A DNA stretch of 64,000 nt. It comes from a virus (taxonomy: Duplodnaviria > Caudoviricetes). This document shows, piece by piece, positions 18,828 through 28,067 of this stretch (position 1 is the stretch's first letter; each line of letters opens with the position of its first letter). Under the pieces are notes generated by a model. It was not told the origin of the DNA. It saw only the letters and a program-made list of their open reading frames with translations, and made no database searches. The position numbers were made by a program, and so were the translations under genes. The stretch covers positions 4,499 to 68,498 of IMG/VR virus record IMGVR_UViG_3300036975_000017. One strand, 5' to 3'.

Positions 18828-20429
18828 ATGCACGTCCACGTTATCTGTCGCGACACCGGGCACGTCATTCCCCGCCTTGCAAAATCGCTTATAGCATCAT
18901 CGGCGGGGCGCTGGACGATAGGCGAGACGCCGAACCCGACCGCGCATATTAATTACTTTTTCCCCTACCTTGAACTTGAGCGCTTCCCCGACTTCGATGA
19001 GACGCCCACCGCCGCCTACTTCTCACACTACGAAAAAGACAACGATCACAAAACGCGCGTATGGAACCAGTTCAAAGACCGCGTTGACATCCCGATTGTC
19101 ACGGCGCAGCTTTACGCCAAGCACTTTACCAACGCAACACTTGCGCGCCCAGCTATTGATCCGCAGTTTGTGCCAGCGCGCAAGCGCCCAGCAACTCGCA
19201 GTGTTGGCGTAAGCGGCGTGATTGCCAAGTCGTCGAAACGCAAGGGTGAGCACTTGGTATACCGCGCAGCCAAAGACGCGGATTTGTCGATTAGTCTGCG
19301 CGCGTCCGGCAAGGGTTGGCGCGAAATACCTCAGCAGTTCTATGCATGGCAGCATATGTCAAGCTTCTTTCAATCGCTAGACGTGTTTTTATGTACGTCA
19401 AGTATCGAAGGCGTGCCGATGACGACACTTGAGGCGATGGCCTGCGGCGTGCCGTGTGTCGTTCCCGCTGGCGTTGGCTTGCATGACGAGCTTGGGGATA
19501 TTGCTGGCCTATACCGCTATCGCGCAGGCGATTATGATGACATGAAGCGGGTGCTATTGAAAGCGCTAGAATTTGACGGCAGCAACGAATCGCTGGTAGA
19601 AAAAGCGCGTGAATACAGCGCGCACAATTGGTTTATGGATCACCAGCGCGCGTTCGAGCAATATTTGTACAATGTACCACAACCCGCGCTACACGCGCCC
19701 TGGAACGAAAACAACGCGGGCTTGTATGTTGTAGCGTTTGGGGAGAACGCGCGTAACTGTGCAAGGCTTTGCATCCAGTCATTCAAAAAGCACATGTCAC
19801 TCCCCGCTGCGCTAGTGTCTGATAGCCCGCTAGGATGTGAAGATATATTCATTGAGCGTGATGATACCGACATCGGAGCACGCGGTGCAAAGCTGAGCGT
19901 TGAAACATTAGCGCCAGCGGAATGGGACTATGTACTCTATCTTGACGCCGACACCGAAGTCACCGCGCCTATTGGCTTTTTATTTGACGCTCTGGCAGAC
20001 GGGTGGGAGTTCGTCATTTGTAAGAATCCTGTTCGTTACCACGTGGCGTTTAACATGGTGCGACCGGACTACATCGAAGAATGCGAAGAAACGTTTAAGT
20101 TCATTGGCACAGATGAAGCCATTCAACTAAACGGCGGCGTGTGGGCGTATCGTCGCACCGAGCAAGCGCGTAAGTTGATGCTTGATTGGTACAATGAGTG
20201 GAACCGCTACGGTGCACGAGATCAGGCGGCGCTATTGCGGGCACATAAAAAATACCCGGTACGTACATATGTACTGGGTAATGAGTGGAACACAGTAGAT
20301 CGTTATCAGAAATGGTATGCACACGAGACGGCGGGTATCATGCACTACCCGATGACGGCCCGGCGATGGGAAGGGCGAATTGATGGACGGTTGGATAGCC
20401 GGCAGGCGTGGAGCAAGGTGAAGCGTTAA
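18828..20429 (+). CDS. Bifunctional glycosyltransferase (GT4-like GT-B plus GT-A)
   Basis: LDVFLCTSSIEGVPMTTLEAMACGVPCV (GT4 ExxxxxxxE) followed by VLYLDADT...DQAALLRA. Confidence 0.88.
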   Translation: MHVHVICRDTGHVIPRLAKSLIASSAGRWTIGETPNPTAHINYFFPYLELERFPDFDETPTAAYFSHYEKDNDHKTRVWNQFKDRVDIPIVTAQLYAKHFTNATLARPAIDPQFVPARKRPATRSVGVSGVIAKSSKRKGEHLVYRAAKDADLSISLRASGKGWREIPQQFYAWQHMSSFFQSLDVFLCTSSIEGVPMTTLEAMACGVPCVVPAGVGLHDELGDIAGLYRYRAGDYDDMKRVLLKALEFDGSNESLVEKAREYSAHNWFMDHQRAFEQYLYNVPQPALHAPWNENNAGLYVVAFGENARNCARLCIQSFKKHMSLPAALVSDSPLGCEDIFIERDDTDIGARGAKLSVETLAPAEWDYVLYLDADTEVTAPIGFLFDALADGWEFVICKNPVRYHVAFNMVRPDYIEECEETFKFIGTDEAIQLNGGVWAYRRTEQARKLMLDWYNEWNRYGARDQAALLRAHKKYPVRTYVLGNEWNTVDRYQKWYAHETAGIMHYPMTARRWEGRIDGRLDSRQAWSKVKR

Positions 20430-20653
20430 TGACTATAAGTATATTAATAGCGTCGGCGATCTCAATGTGCGGATTAATGATCCTGGATTTCACAAGAGGT
20501 GAAGATGTTAGTCCATTGACCGGATTCATGATCATTGCCGCCATGTCGTATTGTGTACAATATGTTGGCATCGCGGAAACGCTCTTTTTGATTTGTCCGT
20601 TTTTGATAACGATACTGTATGACAGGACAGCAAAGAAGCGTGGAATAAGGTGA
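20429..20653 (+). CDS. Small membrane protein
   Basis: Two to three hydrophobic helices. Confidence 0.5.
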   Translation: MTISILIASAISMCGLMILDFTRGEDVSPLTGFMIIAAMSYCVQYVGIAETLFLICPFLITILYDRTAKKRGIR

Positions 20654-20657
20654 AGAA

Positions 20658-20930
20658 ATGAATCATCACAAGAATACAGTCAGATACAAGCAGGGCGTGT
20701 TTTTTTCTTGCGTGGGAGCGGTTGTGAACTATCATGCATTTGTCTTTCCTGTCAACCATGAAACCTATTATGTTCTTACGTATCTACGAAACGACAAAAT
20801 GGTAACATATGCGGGCAAGATTGATTCAGAAATGATAGAAGACGACAATGAGCGGTATGACATGACGCACGCCTTTTTTGCTGGTGGCATTTTCTTAGAT
20901 AATGAGCATGCGCTCTCAGGCATGGAGTAA
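20658..20930 (+). CDS. Hypothetical protein
   Basis: ORF with AAGGTG SD. Confidence 0.5.
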   Translation: MNHHKNTVRYKQGVFFSCVGAVVNYHAFVFPVNHETYYVLTYLRNDKMVTYAGKIDSEMIEDDNERYDMTHAFFAGGIFLDNEHALSGME

Positions 20931-20939
20931 GGTGAAGAA

Positions 20940-21197
20940 ATGAAGTTCTTTATTTATAAAACACACTCAGACAAATTACCTAATTTACCCAACGGTGAAC
21001 CTAAAACATTAAACGGCTATGATGGCGCTATCGTTAGTCTAGAATCGCTCGATGATTTAATCGCACTCATTGACGACCGCGAGTGGTTTTATAAGACGGC
21101 GACTTACATTAGCGGTTTAATTGTTCGATTGCCCGGAAGTGGAAGTGTAAGTGATGAACACGCAAGCATTGAAATTTATAATGATTTTAGAGAATGA
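20940..21197 (+). CDS. Hypothetical protein
   Basis: Ends IEIYNDFRE; SD present. Confidence 0.55.
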   Translation: MKFFIYKTHSDKLPNLPNGEPKTLNGYDGAIVSLESLDDLIALIDDREWFYKTATYISGLIVRLPGSGSVSDEHASIEIYNDFRE

Positions 21198-21213
21198 AAC
21201 GAAAGGATAACTA

Positions 21214-21447
21214 ATGGAACCGATAGTAGTTGGGTATTTGTGCATTGGTGTTTTTATAGTGGGGTTTTCGCTTACGGCGAATTGGGATAAATTTCTAAAA
21301 GACGTTGTGAAAAATGGCGTTCTTTCAATGCTTTTGAGTATCGCGTTTATGGGGGTGCTTGTTTCGGTTTTGTGGTTGCCCGGCGCTTTAATATTGGCAT
21401 TCCGAGAATATGCAAAACGAAAGGTTAATGAGAATGAATCCCCTTAA
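21214..21447 (+). CDS. Small membrane protein
   Basis: Two TM helices. Confidence 0.5.
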   Translation: MEPIVVGYLCIGVFIVGFSLTANWDKFLKDVVKNGVLSMLLSIAFMGVLVSVLWLPGALILAFREYAKRKVNENESP

Positions 21448-22336
21448 AGTCGCTCTCATTATAAAAAACAGCGACGCGCCAAAACAGCGCGAAAATCGCA
21501 ACATGGGGTACTTTTCCTACCCTGTTGATGAGTTTGAATGGCAACACTTTTGGTTTCCGAAAAATGCCACGGTTGACCTAAACGATTTTCGGGAGTTTGA
21601 CCTCGTGTTTCACGAAGACACGACCAACGGCGCGCAGTACAAGCGGCTGGGTACTGTACCGCTCGTTTTTCTGGACATTGACAGCACGCTAAGCGAAGTA
21701 CACTTACACAAGCGCCGCATTCTTGGCTATCAGGCTGATTTGATTTTGGTAGACCACGCACCGCTTGAAAACTTCTCGGAGGGGCGCGGCAAAGTGCGCC
21801 GCCTGGGGTATTGTGTCAATGATCTTGTGTTCAAAGACTATGGACTGAGCAAGAGCGTAGACCTGTCGTTTCATTGCAGTACGGGCGGCAGCAAGAACCA
21901 TCCCGGCGCTAAGGAGCGCAAGGCGATTAGGGCATTACTAGATACCTACGCTATGCAAAAAACGCTTAGGTATCGCTCTGGCGTGTTGGGGCTGCAAGAT
22001 TACGCGCGGGCGTTCAATGAATCTAAGGTTTGCGTCAATTGGCCGCGTACCCGCATTAATCGCCCGCACCGCGTGTTTGATGTCATGGCAGCGCGTTCGT
22101 GCCTATTGACCGGCAAGATACCAGCGGTTGACGGTGACGGACTGGAAGCGGGTGTACACTATATTGAGTTTGGCAACCAGCGCGATATGATTGAACGCCT
22201 CGATTGGCTTTTTGAAGACGGCGAGCGCATAGAACAAATCACCAACGCCGGGCATCAGCACGTAATGAATAATCACACATGGCGACATTGCGCGAAGCGG
22301 TTGCGAAAGATTTTAAGTGAGGAGCTAGGGATATGA
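21434..22336 (+). CDS. Glycosyltransferase (CgeB/Glyco_trans_1_2-like)
   Basis: YARAFNESKVCVN...RVFDVMAARSCLLT...GHQHVMNNHTWRH. Confidence 0.8.
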   Translation: MNPLKVALIIKNSDAPKQRENRNMGYFSYPVDEFEWQHFWFPKNATVDLNDFREFDLVFHEDTTNGAQYKRLGTVPLVFLDIDSTLSEVHLHKRRILGYQADLILVDHAPLENFSEGRGKVRRLGYCVNDLVFKDYGLSKSVDLSFHCSTGGSKNHPGAKERKAIRALLDTYAMQKTLRYRSGVLGLQDYARAFNESKVCVNWPRTRINRPHRVFDVMAARSCLLTGKIPAVDGDGLEAGVHYIEFGNQRDMIERLDWLFEDGERIEQITNAGHQHVMNNHTWRHCAKRLRKILSEELGI

Positions 22337-22554
22337 ATAAAAAACACGAGGTAATGCAAGTATTCATGGATGAATACGGCATAACACAAAGGGGTATGGA
22401 TGAATTTGGGATTTCCCCAAAATACGACAGCGAGAGAGATTATTGGTATTTTGATGGGGCTGATATGTACCGCGCGTCTATATGGGCGATGATTAACGCT
22501 GGTGGCGCTGGCAATATATTACCAATGCTTTTAAGCGGGGAATTGGAGCCATGA
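22333..22554 (+). CDS. Hypothetical protein
   Basis: ATGA-coupled. Confidence 0.5.
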   Translation: MNKKHEVMQVFMDEYGITQRGMDEFGISPKYDSERDYWYFDGADMYRASIWAMINAGGAGNILPMLLSGELEP

Positions 22555-22763
22555 GCGACACCAAACAGGACGACAGCCGAGATTTTGTTGCAGAGATTTG
22601 CGCGCTTGCTGAACAAAGCCTACAAGAAAAAAAGAGAATAGCGCAGATATTCAAACGCATGGGTATAACAAGCGGGGTGGACGTAATAGAGTTAAGGATG
22701 TATTCTGATGGAGAAATTATACTAGACACCTTAATCCCCGTCGAGGACGAAAATGAATCTTAG
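22551..22763 (+). CDS. Hypothetical protein
   Basis: ATGA-coupled. Confidence 0.5.
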   Translation: MSDTKQDDSRDFVAEICALAEQSLQEKKRIAQIFKRMGITSGVDVIELRMYSDGEIILDTLIPVEDENES

Positions 22764-23472
22764 AACCATTGTATTCACCTCAGACGATTACCTACATTGT
22801 CTCCCCGGTTTTGCCTATTTGCACAACAAGCATATTGGCGAAAGCCAAGAGGCGGTTGTCGTATGTTTCAAAAAGGGGCGCTCGAAACTACCCGACAATT
22901 TCACCAAGCACAGCCTCGGTAAGCAGCAAGACTTCACGTGGTCGAGCGCCGCGATTGAATTCCTGTCAAGTATCGACGACCCGCTTGTCTTGCTGATGCT
23001 CGAAGACTATTTCTTACAGCACGCCGATATGGGCAAAATCAAAGCGTTGCGGGATTACATGCTCGCTTATCCCGGTATTGGCAAAATTGATCTGACGAAC
23101 GACCGGCTTAAAGTGGCGCACAAGCCCCACGGTACGTGGCGCGGGGGCATGAAGATCATTCGCAGCGCGCATAATGCATCGTACACCTTTAGTCTACAGG
23201 CAGCGCTATGGCGACGTGAATTTCTACTCAAGTACCTTGACGCCGAAGAGGACCCCTGGCAAATGGAGAAGGGCGCAAGCCGGCGCTTTGCTGATGAGGC
23301 TGGGCGCGGGCGTGACAAGTCTATTATCCTGGGGTGCGAAGTACCGCCGATGGAATATGTCAATGCAATAGGAGGAGAAGGAAACAAGCCGCGCGTTTGG
23401 GACCGCGTGAAGTTTCCGCTTGATTTGTGGACTGAGTTGGCTGAATTGGGCTATGTTGAGGATGAAGAATGA
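22753..23472 (+). CDS. Putative glycosyltransferase (GT-A-like)
   Basis: VFTSDDY...LLMLEDYFL...SLQAALWRREFL...EDPWQME pattern typical of GT2-like glycan proteins. Confidence 0.6.
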   Translation: MNLRTIVFTSDDYLHCLPGFAYLHNKHIGESQEAVVVCFKKGRSKLPDNFTKHSLGKQQDFTWSSAAIEFLSSIDDPLVLLMLEDYFLQHADMGKIKALRDYMLAYPGIGKIDLTNDRLKVAHKPHGTWRGGMKIIRSAHNASYTFSLQAALWRREFLLKYLDAEEDPWQMEKGASRRFADEAGRGRDKSIILGCEVPPMEYVNAIGGEGNKPRVWDRVKFPLDLWTELAELGYVEDEE

Positions 23473-23765
23473 ACCAAGAAGTCATTAGTGAAAATATTCC
23501 CCGCGAACCGAGCGTAGATGAAATTCGCAAGGTTCAAATTGAAAAACTCATTGGTTTTGTTCGACAAATATGCCTAAGCCTTGAAGGTATTATGAACGAT
23601 CACGGAGGCGACTGGTTCGAGGAGGTAGTCGAACCGCGCCGGGGAAGCGAAAGTGCAACGGGCCTAAAAGTTGCACGTGGATTGTTGGTTGTATATGCCA
23701 TCAAGCATTTGCGAGAGGCGGGGCTATATCTAGAGTCGTTGTTGTCGGTGGAGGATAAAGAATGA
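23469..23765 (+). CDS. Hypothetical protein
   Basis: ATGA-coupled. Confidence 0.5.
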   Translation: MNQEVISENIPREPSVDEIRKVQIEKLIGFVRQICLSLEGIMNDHGGDWFEEVVEPRRGSESATGLKVARGLLVVYAIKHLREAGLYLESLLSVEDKE

Positions 23766-24016
23766 GCAACACGAATAATCCAGAAGACATCAAACGACTA
23801 AAGTCTGTGCTTGACATTGATCGTGCTATCATCCGCATTGTAGAACGCGGTTATTACGCCGGTGGTGGACTAGAAGATAACGATTGTTTCTTTTGTAGCG
23901 CGTGGAGCACCGAAGACCATACCGAAGATTGCCCATTCATTGTGTTAAAGAAATACATTGAAAACAGGGGGATGCCCTGCAACGGGGATGAGACGGGAAA
24001 GGAACCGGAAGAATGA
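23762..24016 (+). CDS. Hypothetical protein (Cys/His motif)
   Basis: CFFC...H.EDCP. Confidence 0.5.
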   Translation: MSNTNNPEDIKRLKSVLDIDRAIIRIVERGYYAGGGLEDNDCFFCSAWSTEDHTEDCPFIVLKKYIENRGMPCNGDETGKEPEE

Positions 24017-24402
24017 TTAAAAGGTTGATTGTAATTGTTTTAGCTTTTATCAGGGTGCTGCGGGGGCACGGCGCGCAAGAATCAGCACCCTGCGAAGAGG
24101 GCGATTGGGTCAAGCTGCATCCGTTTTTTGAAGAATGGCCCGATGGTATGGCGTTGTATACAATACCGTGGGGAATTGATAAATACAATGATCGATACTA
24201 TATACATTCAAGTCTTTTGCTTGATAGCGCAACCTACACATCCCCCGGAATGACATCAGAGTTCCCGATTATGAAATTCGGAAAAAGACTATTTACGGAT
24301 GATTCATCTATAAGCCATCTTGATAACGCCGACACGCTTCAAGGCTTGGAAGACGGCTTTATTGAAGTATTTCCCCTACGTTTTTTGTCGGAGCGACCAT
24401 GA
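24013..24402 (+). CDS. Hypothetical protein
   Basis: ATGA-coupled. Confidence 0.5.
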   Translation: MIKRLIVIVLAFIRVLRGHGAQESAPCEEGDWVKLHPFFEEWPDGMALYTIPWGIDKYNDRYYIHSSLLLDSATYTSPGMTSEFPIMKFGKRLFTDDSSISHLDNADTLQGLEDGFIEVFPLRFLSERP

Positions 24403-24728
24403 CACCCTCACAATACGAATGCACAAAATGCAACGCACGCCTTGATACCGCCGCGTCACTTTGCGAAGATTGCCGGGGGGAGTTGAGCGGGAATGAACCT
24501 TCTTTCCCGCGTTTAACGGCATACAACGGATACCCGGAGAGTGCCTTTGACTTAATGAGTCATGAGGATCAATTGTGTTTTGGACAGTTGTCTCACATAG
24601 AACAAAGTGCGTTTGCCATTGCCTTATTGACAGACATATCAAAGACTTTGATGAATAGCGCTCCCCAGGCATCCCACACACAAGCTATGCAAGATTATTT
24701 ATCGGTTTATTTTTCAGAGAGGTATTAA
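24399..24728 (+). CDS. Hypothetical protein (N-terminal Zn finger)
   Basis: CTKC...CEDC. Confidence 0.5.
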   Translation: MTPSQYECTKCNARLDTAASLCEDCRGELSGNEPSFPRLTAYNGYPESAFDLMSHEDQLCFGQLSHIEQSAFAIALLTDISKTLMNSAPQASHTQAMQDYLSVYFSERY

Positions 24729-25304
24729 ATGGGCGGACACATCCCCGAAGCCTTAGCGCTCGCACTGCACGACGCGCATGATATTAAATACGCCATCGAA
24801 ACCGGCACGTACAAGGCGAACACAACGCGCTTCCTCGGTGAGCACTTTGATCGCGTGTGGTCAATTGAGATGGACGAAAACTGGCACAAGCGCGCTATCC
24901 TCGTGCTTAAGAATCAAACCAACGTCACTCTTGTTTTAGGTGATAGTCGCTTTAAGCTGCGCGAAGTTCTACAAGAGCTTGACGGCCCCGCACTTTTATG
25001 GCTTGACGCGCACTGGTGCGGCGGCGCGCGCCCGGAACAAGCACCAGAAGAAGAATGCCCGCTCAGAGAGGAATTGTACGCGATACGCGAGAACGACAAT
25101 TCACACTACATTCTCATTGACGACGCACGGCTTTTCACCGGACGCCCCAACTATCCACACAACCCGGACTTGTGGCCGACATGGGACGGGGGCGTTCAGG
25201 CGTTGCTACCTGAGCGCTACCACACGATCATTCATAATGACGTAATCGTTAGTGTGCCACAGTTGGCGAAAGGAACAGTTGAGACATGGCGATGTACACC
25301 ATAA
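24729..25304 (+). CDS. Class I SAM-dependent methyltransferase (paralog A)
   Basis: IETGT, SIE, GDS, WLDAHW, ILIDDAR. Confidence 0.75.
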   Translation: MGGHIPEALALALHDAHDIKYAIETGTYKANTTRFLGEHFDRVWSIEMDENWHKRAILVLKNQTNVTLVLGDSRFKLREVLQELDGPALLWLDAHWCGGARPEQAPEEECPLREELYAIRENDNSHYILIDDARLFTGRPNYPHNPDLWPTWDGGVQALLPERYHTIIHNDVIVSVPQLAKGTVETWRCTP

Positions 25305-25654
25305 ACGATCTCTATATGACATGTGATACCGCGCCCTCTTCATGGGAGGGTATTACAGATACTGGGCAGTTTGTATATATTCGCTATCGATGGGGCATAC
25401 TTTATGTATACGTGACCCCCTTTGAGCTGCACCGAAAGTTTAAATCAAAGCAAGAAATTGAAAATGCGTTGGAGTGTATCCAAGAAATAAGGTGCGGGGG
25501 TAGCTACGCAAGCGTGATGTCTACCGAATTGATGGTCTTGTATCTACGAGAAACCTTTGGTTTTTATGAAGCAACGATTTGTGATTGCTGGCCTAAAAAA
25601 GACTGTGATTGCAACGTGGAAAAATGGAGCGATTGTGTCTTTACTCATAAATAG
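25286..25654 (+). CDS. Hypothetical protein
   Basis: TC...PSSWEG.TD.G..VYIRYRWG pattern. Confidence 0.55.
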   Translation: MAMYTINDLYMTCDTAPSSWEGITDTGQFVYIRYRWGILYVYVTPFELHRKFKSKQEIENALECIQEIRCGGSYASVMSTELMVLYLRETFGFYEATICDCWPKKDCDCNVEKWSDCVFTHK

Positions 25655-26198
25655 CCCCGCCGTTGCGCTTCGAGATACCTTTGGTATCCGACAAGCGATT
25701 GAAACCGGCACATGGCAGGGCGACGGCACAATCTATCTTGCGCGGCATTTTGAGCGCGTGTGGTCGATTGAAATCGATGACTACTGGTATGATTATTCCT
25801 TTGCCCTAACGCGCATGTACCCACACGTTGATTTAATCAATGGTGATAGCGCGGTAGCATTGCGCGTGTTATTGAACGAACTATACAACCCGGTTCTATT
25901 CTGGCTCGATGCGCATTGGTGCGCCGGCAATGGACAGGTACGGCTTGATGTCGAATGTCCGCTGCTCGATGAGCTTGAAGCAATTGCCGACAGTCAGGTC
26001 GAGCCGTACATTTTGATAGACGACGCGAAGTATTTTGTTGAAGGCGACCCGAACGGAATGCACACGCCTGAGCAATGGCCGTCGCTTGATGAGATTAAGG
26101 CAGCGCTTCCCGATGGGTATTTTACCATTGTGCATAATGACATGATCGTAAGTGTGCCGGAGAAGGCGCGGGAGGTTGTAGAGAAATGGAAAAAATAG
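25635..26198 (+). CDS. Class I SAM-dependent methyltransferase (paralog B)
   Basis: IETGT, SIE, GDS, WLDAHW, ILIDDAK; GTG start with GGAG SD inside ORF 25557-26198. Confidence 0.75.
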   Translation: MSLLINSPAVALRDTFGIRQAIETGTWQGDGTIYLARHFERVWSIEIDDYWYDYSFALTRMYPHVDLINGDSAVALRVLLNELYNPVLFWLDAHWCAGNGQVRLDVECPLLDELEAIADSQVEPYILIDDAKYFVEGDPNGMHTPEQWPSLDEIKAALPDGYFTIVHNDMIVSVPEKAREVVEKWKK

Positions 26199-26563
26199 TC
26201 AGTTTTCATACGGTACAGCGTCGTCAGATGACAAAAATTCTAGCCATCGGTATCGGTGGGGCGCGTATATATATACTCCATAATCATAGCGAATTATCTG
26301 CGTTCGTTGATAGTAACGACAAAGACTTTGAGGAGATTTATTCAGTGTGGTGTACTGATGATATTTCAACGCCCTATGGTTGGCGATTATCACTCAAGAA
26401 AATAAAAAAAACCTTGAGCGGTGTTATCAACTTTGACGGGGCGACAGAGAGCGAGGTCGATTTATGGACACCGAATGATTATGATAGCTGGTGGCACGAA
26501 AAAACCCCCTGGAATATTTTGGGTAGGTCGTGTGCTGGAAAATATAATGATTCACTATCGTAA
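26186..26563 (+). CDS. Hypothetical protein
   Basis: Overlap-coupled. Confidence 0.45.
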   Translation: MEKIVSFHTVQRRQMTKILAIGIGGARIYILHNHSELSAFVDSNDKDFEEIYSVWCTDDISTPYGWRLSLKKIKKTLSGVINFDGATESEVDLWTPNDYDSWWHEKTPWNILGRSCAGKYNDSLS

Positions 26564-27131
26564 ATACGAAAACTACCAACATTACATAAAGCACCAGTGT
26601 GGCAAGGACGCGGTACATACCGGCATGATTGAATATGGTGAAATGCTACAAGCTGCACTTGTTGAACGTTTAAACCCGTGGCGAAAACACGGTGAAGGCA
26701 TGCTTTGCCTGGGTGCTCGTACCGGCGCTGAAGTGGAAGCATTTATGAAAATGGGTTATTTTGCAGTAGGCGTTGACATTAATCCACTACCTAAAAATCC
26801 CTGGGTATTGCTTGGCGACTTCAATGATCTTTTATGGTTCGACGAAACGATTGATAATATTTACACAAACTCATTAGACCACGCCGAAAATCTCACGGAA
26901 TTAAGAAATCAAATCTATCGCAAACTTAAGCCCGGCGGCAAGCTTTTCGTAGACATCGTAGCCGGTATAGAAGAAGGTTACACGCCCGGCGCGTTTGAAT
27001 CGTGCTGGTGGGATAAGGTAGACGATGTAGTTGAACTGTTACACGGCAGTGGATTTAAAGCTATGTCTCGTTCACCGATTACAGAGCCGTGGACTGGTGA
27101 ATTTGTTGTATTTAGAAAGGAATTGAAATGA
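26547..27131 (+). CDS. SAM-dependent methyltransferase-like protein
   Basis: LCLGARTGAEV, GVDI, GDF, YTNSLDH, LKPGG. Confidence 0.75.
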   Translation: MIHYRKYENYQHYIKHQCGKDAVHTGMIEYGEMLQAALVERLNPWRKHGEGMLCLGARTGAEVEAFMKMGYFAVGVDINPLPKNPWVLLGDFNDLLWFDETIDNIYTNSLDHAENLTELRNQIYRKLKPGGKLFVDIVAGIEEGYTPGAFESCWWDKVDDVVELLHGSGFKAMSRSPITEPWTGEFVVFRKELK

Positions 27132-27769
27132 AGCTTAAAGCAGACCACGAAACGATCATAGCGGAAGTTGTCGCACAGTACCCGGAATTCCCCGATATCC
27201 TGAAACAAGTTAAAGAAGGCATTCATTGGTGCAAGGGGCAAATCTCAGACTTTCAAGCGGCGGCGCTTTACGCCTTGACGCGACAGTACGACAAGCCGGG
27301 TCGCGTTATCCTTGAGATTGGCACGGCCTACGGCTTTAGCGCCGCGATTATGGCGAAAGCAGCGCCAGAGGCTCAAATTATCACAATCAATCCTCAATCG
27401 CACGAAGTAAAAGCGGCGGAGTTCGCATTGTGGGAGATGGGCATTGACAACGTAGACGTGCAGCAGTTCAAGTCAACCGACTATTTTTGGGTAGATGCAA
27501 TTCACAAAAAATATGATATGATATTTGTAGACGGGGATCACAAGCGTGTAAGAGAAGATTTCCCCTTCTTCAACAAATTGTCGGATAATGGTTTGTTTTT
27601 GTTTCACGATTATGCTCCATCCGATAGCTGGCGCGCTTGTCCCCCGGTGTTTGAAGCGTTGAATGAGCGCAGTGAAGCTTTCCGAGGCTTTGATGTGCTG
27701 GTATCAGACTTAGAAGGCGTGGCAATCGCCGGATGGTATCGGCGCAAAGGCGAGGCGTGGAAACTATAA
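27128..27769 (+). CDS. Class I SAM-dependent O-methyltransferase (Methyltransf_24-like)
   Basis: LEIGTAYGFS, YDMIFVDGDH, GLFLFHDY. Confidence 0.85.
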   Translation: MKLKADHETIIAEVVAQYPEFPDILKQVKEGIHWCKGQISDFQAAALYALTRQYDKPGRVILEIGTAYGFSAAIMAKAAPEAQIITINPQSHEVKAAEFALWEMGIDNVDVQQFKSTDYFWVDAIHKKYDMIFVDGDHKRVREDFPFFNKLSDNGLFLFHDYAPSDSWRACPPVFEALNERSEAFRGFDVLVSDLEGVAIAGWYRRKGEAWKL

Positions 27770-27915
27770 CGCGCTAGCCAAAACTGAATTACAGTAGCAA
27801 TTAGCTGCCTGCATAGCGCGTAAGCGTACTTGTGTGGGCAGCTATTGTTTTTAAGGTAGATATGGCAACCGAAATCACGCCGGCTTGACCTGGTATAGTA
27901 GAGAGGACTTCATAA

Positions 27916-28059
27916 ATGGCATTACGTGGGTTACTCGGATTGTTTGGATTATCGGGACTTGTGGCGGGCGCTGAAAGCGTGCCAGCAGGCAACTACTTAG
28001 TAGACGCGAGCGGCAACGACTTAGTAGACGCGAGCGGTAATAACCTTGTGTGGGTATAG
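27916..28059 (+). CDS. 47-aa putative virion peptide (absent from the ORF track)
   Basis: MALRGLLGLFGLSGLVAGAESVPAGNYLVDASGNDLVDASGNNLVWV; GAGG SD; tandem LVDASGN. Confidence 0.55.
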   Translation: MALRGLLGLFGLSGLVAGAESVPAGNYLVDASGNDLVDASGNNLVWV

Positions 28060-28067
28060 GTGAGGAT

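Noticed and set aside
27995-28043. Direct repeat TTAGTAGACGCGAGCGG
   Set aside because: Only two copies, explained by the LVDASGN coding repeat; not a CRISPR or att site.
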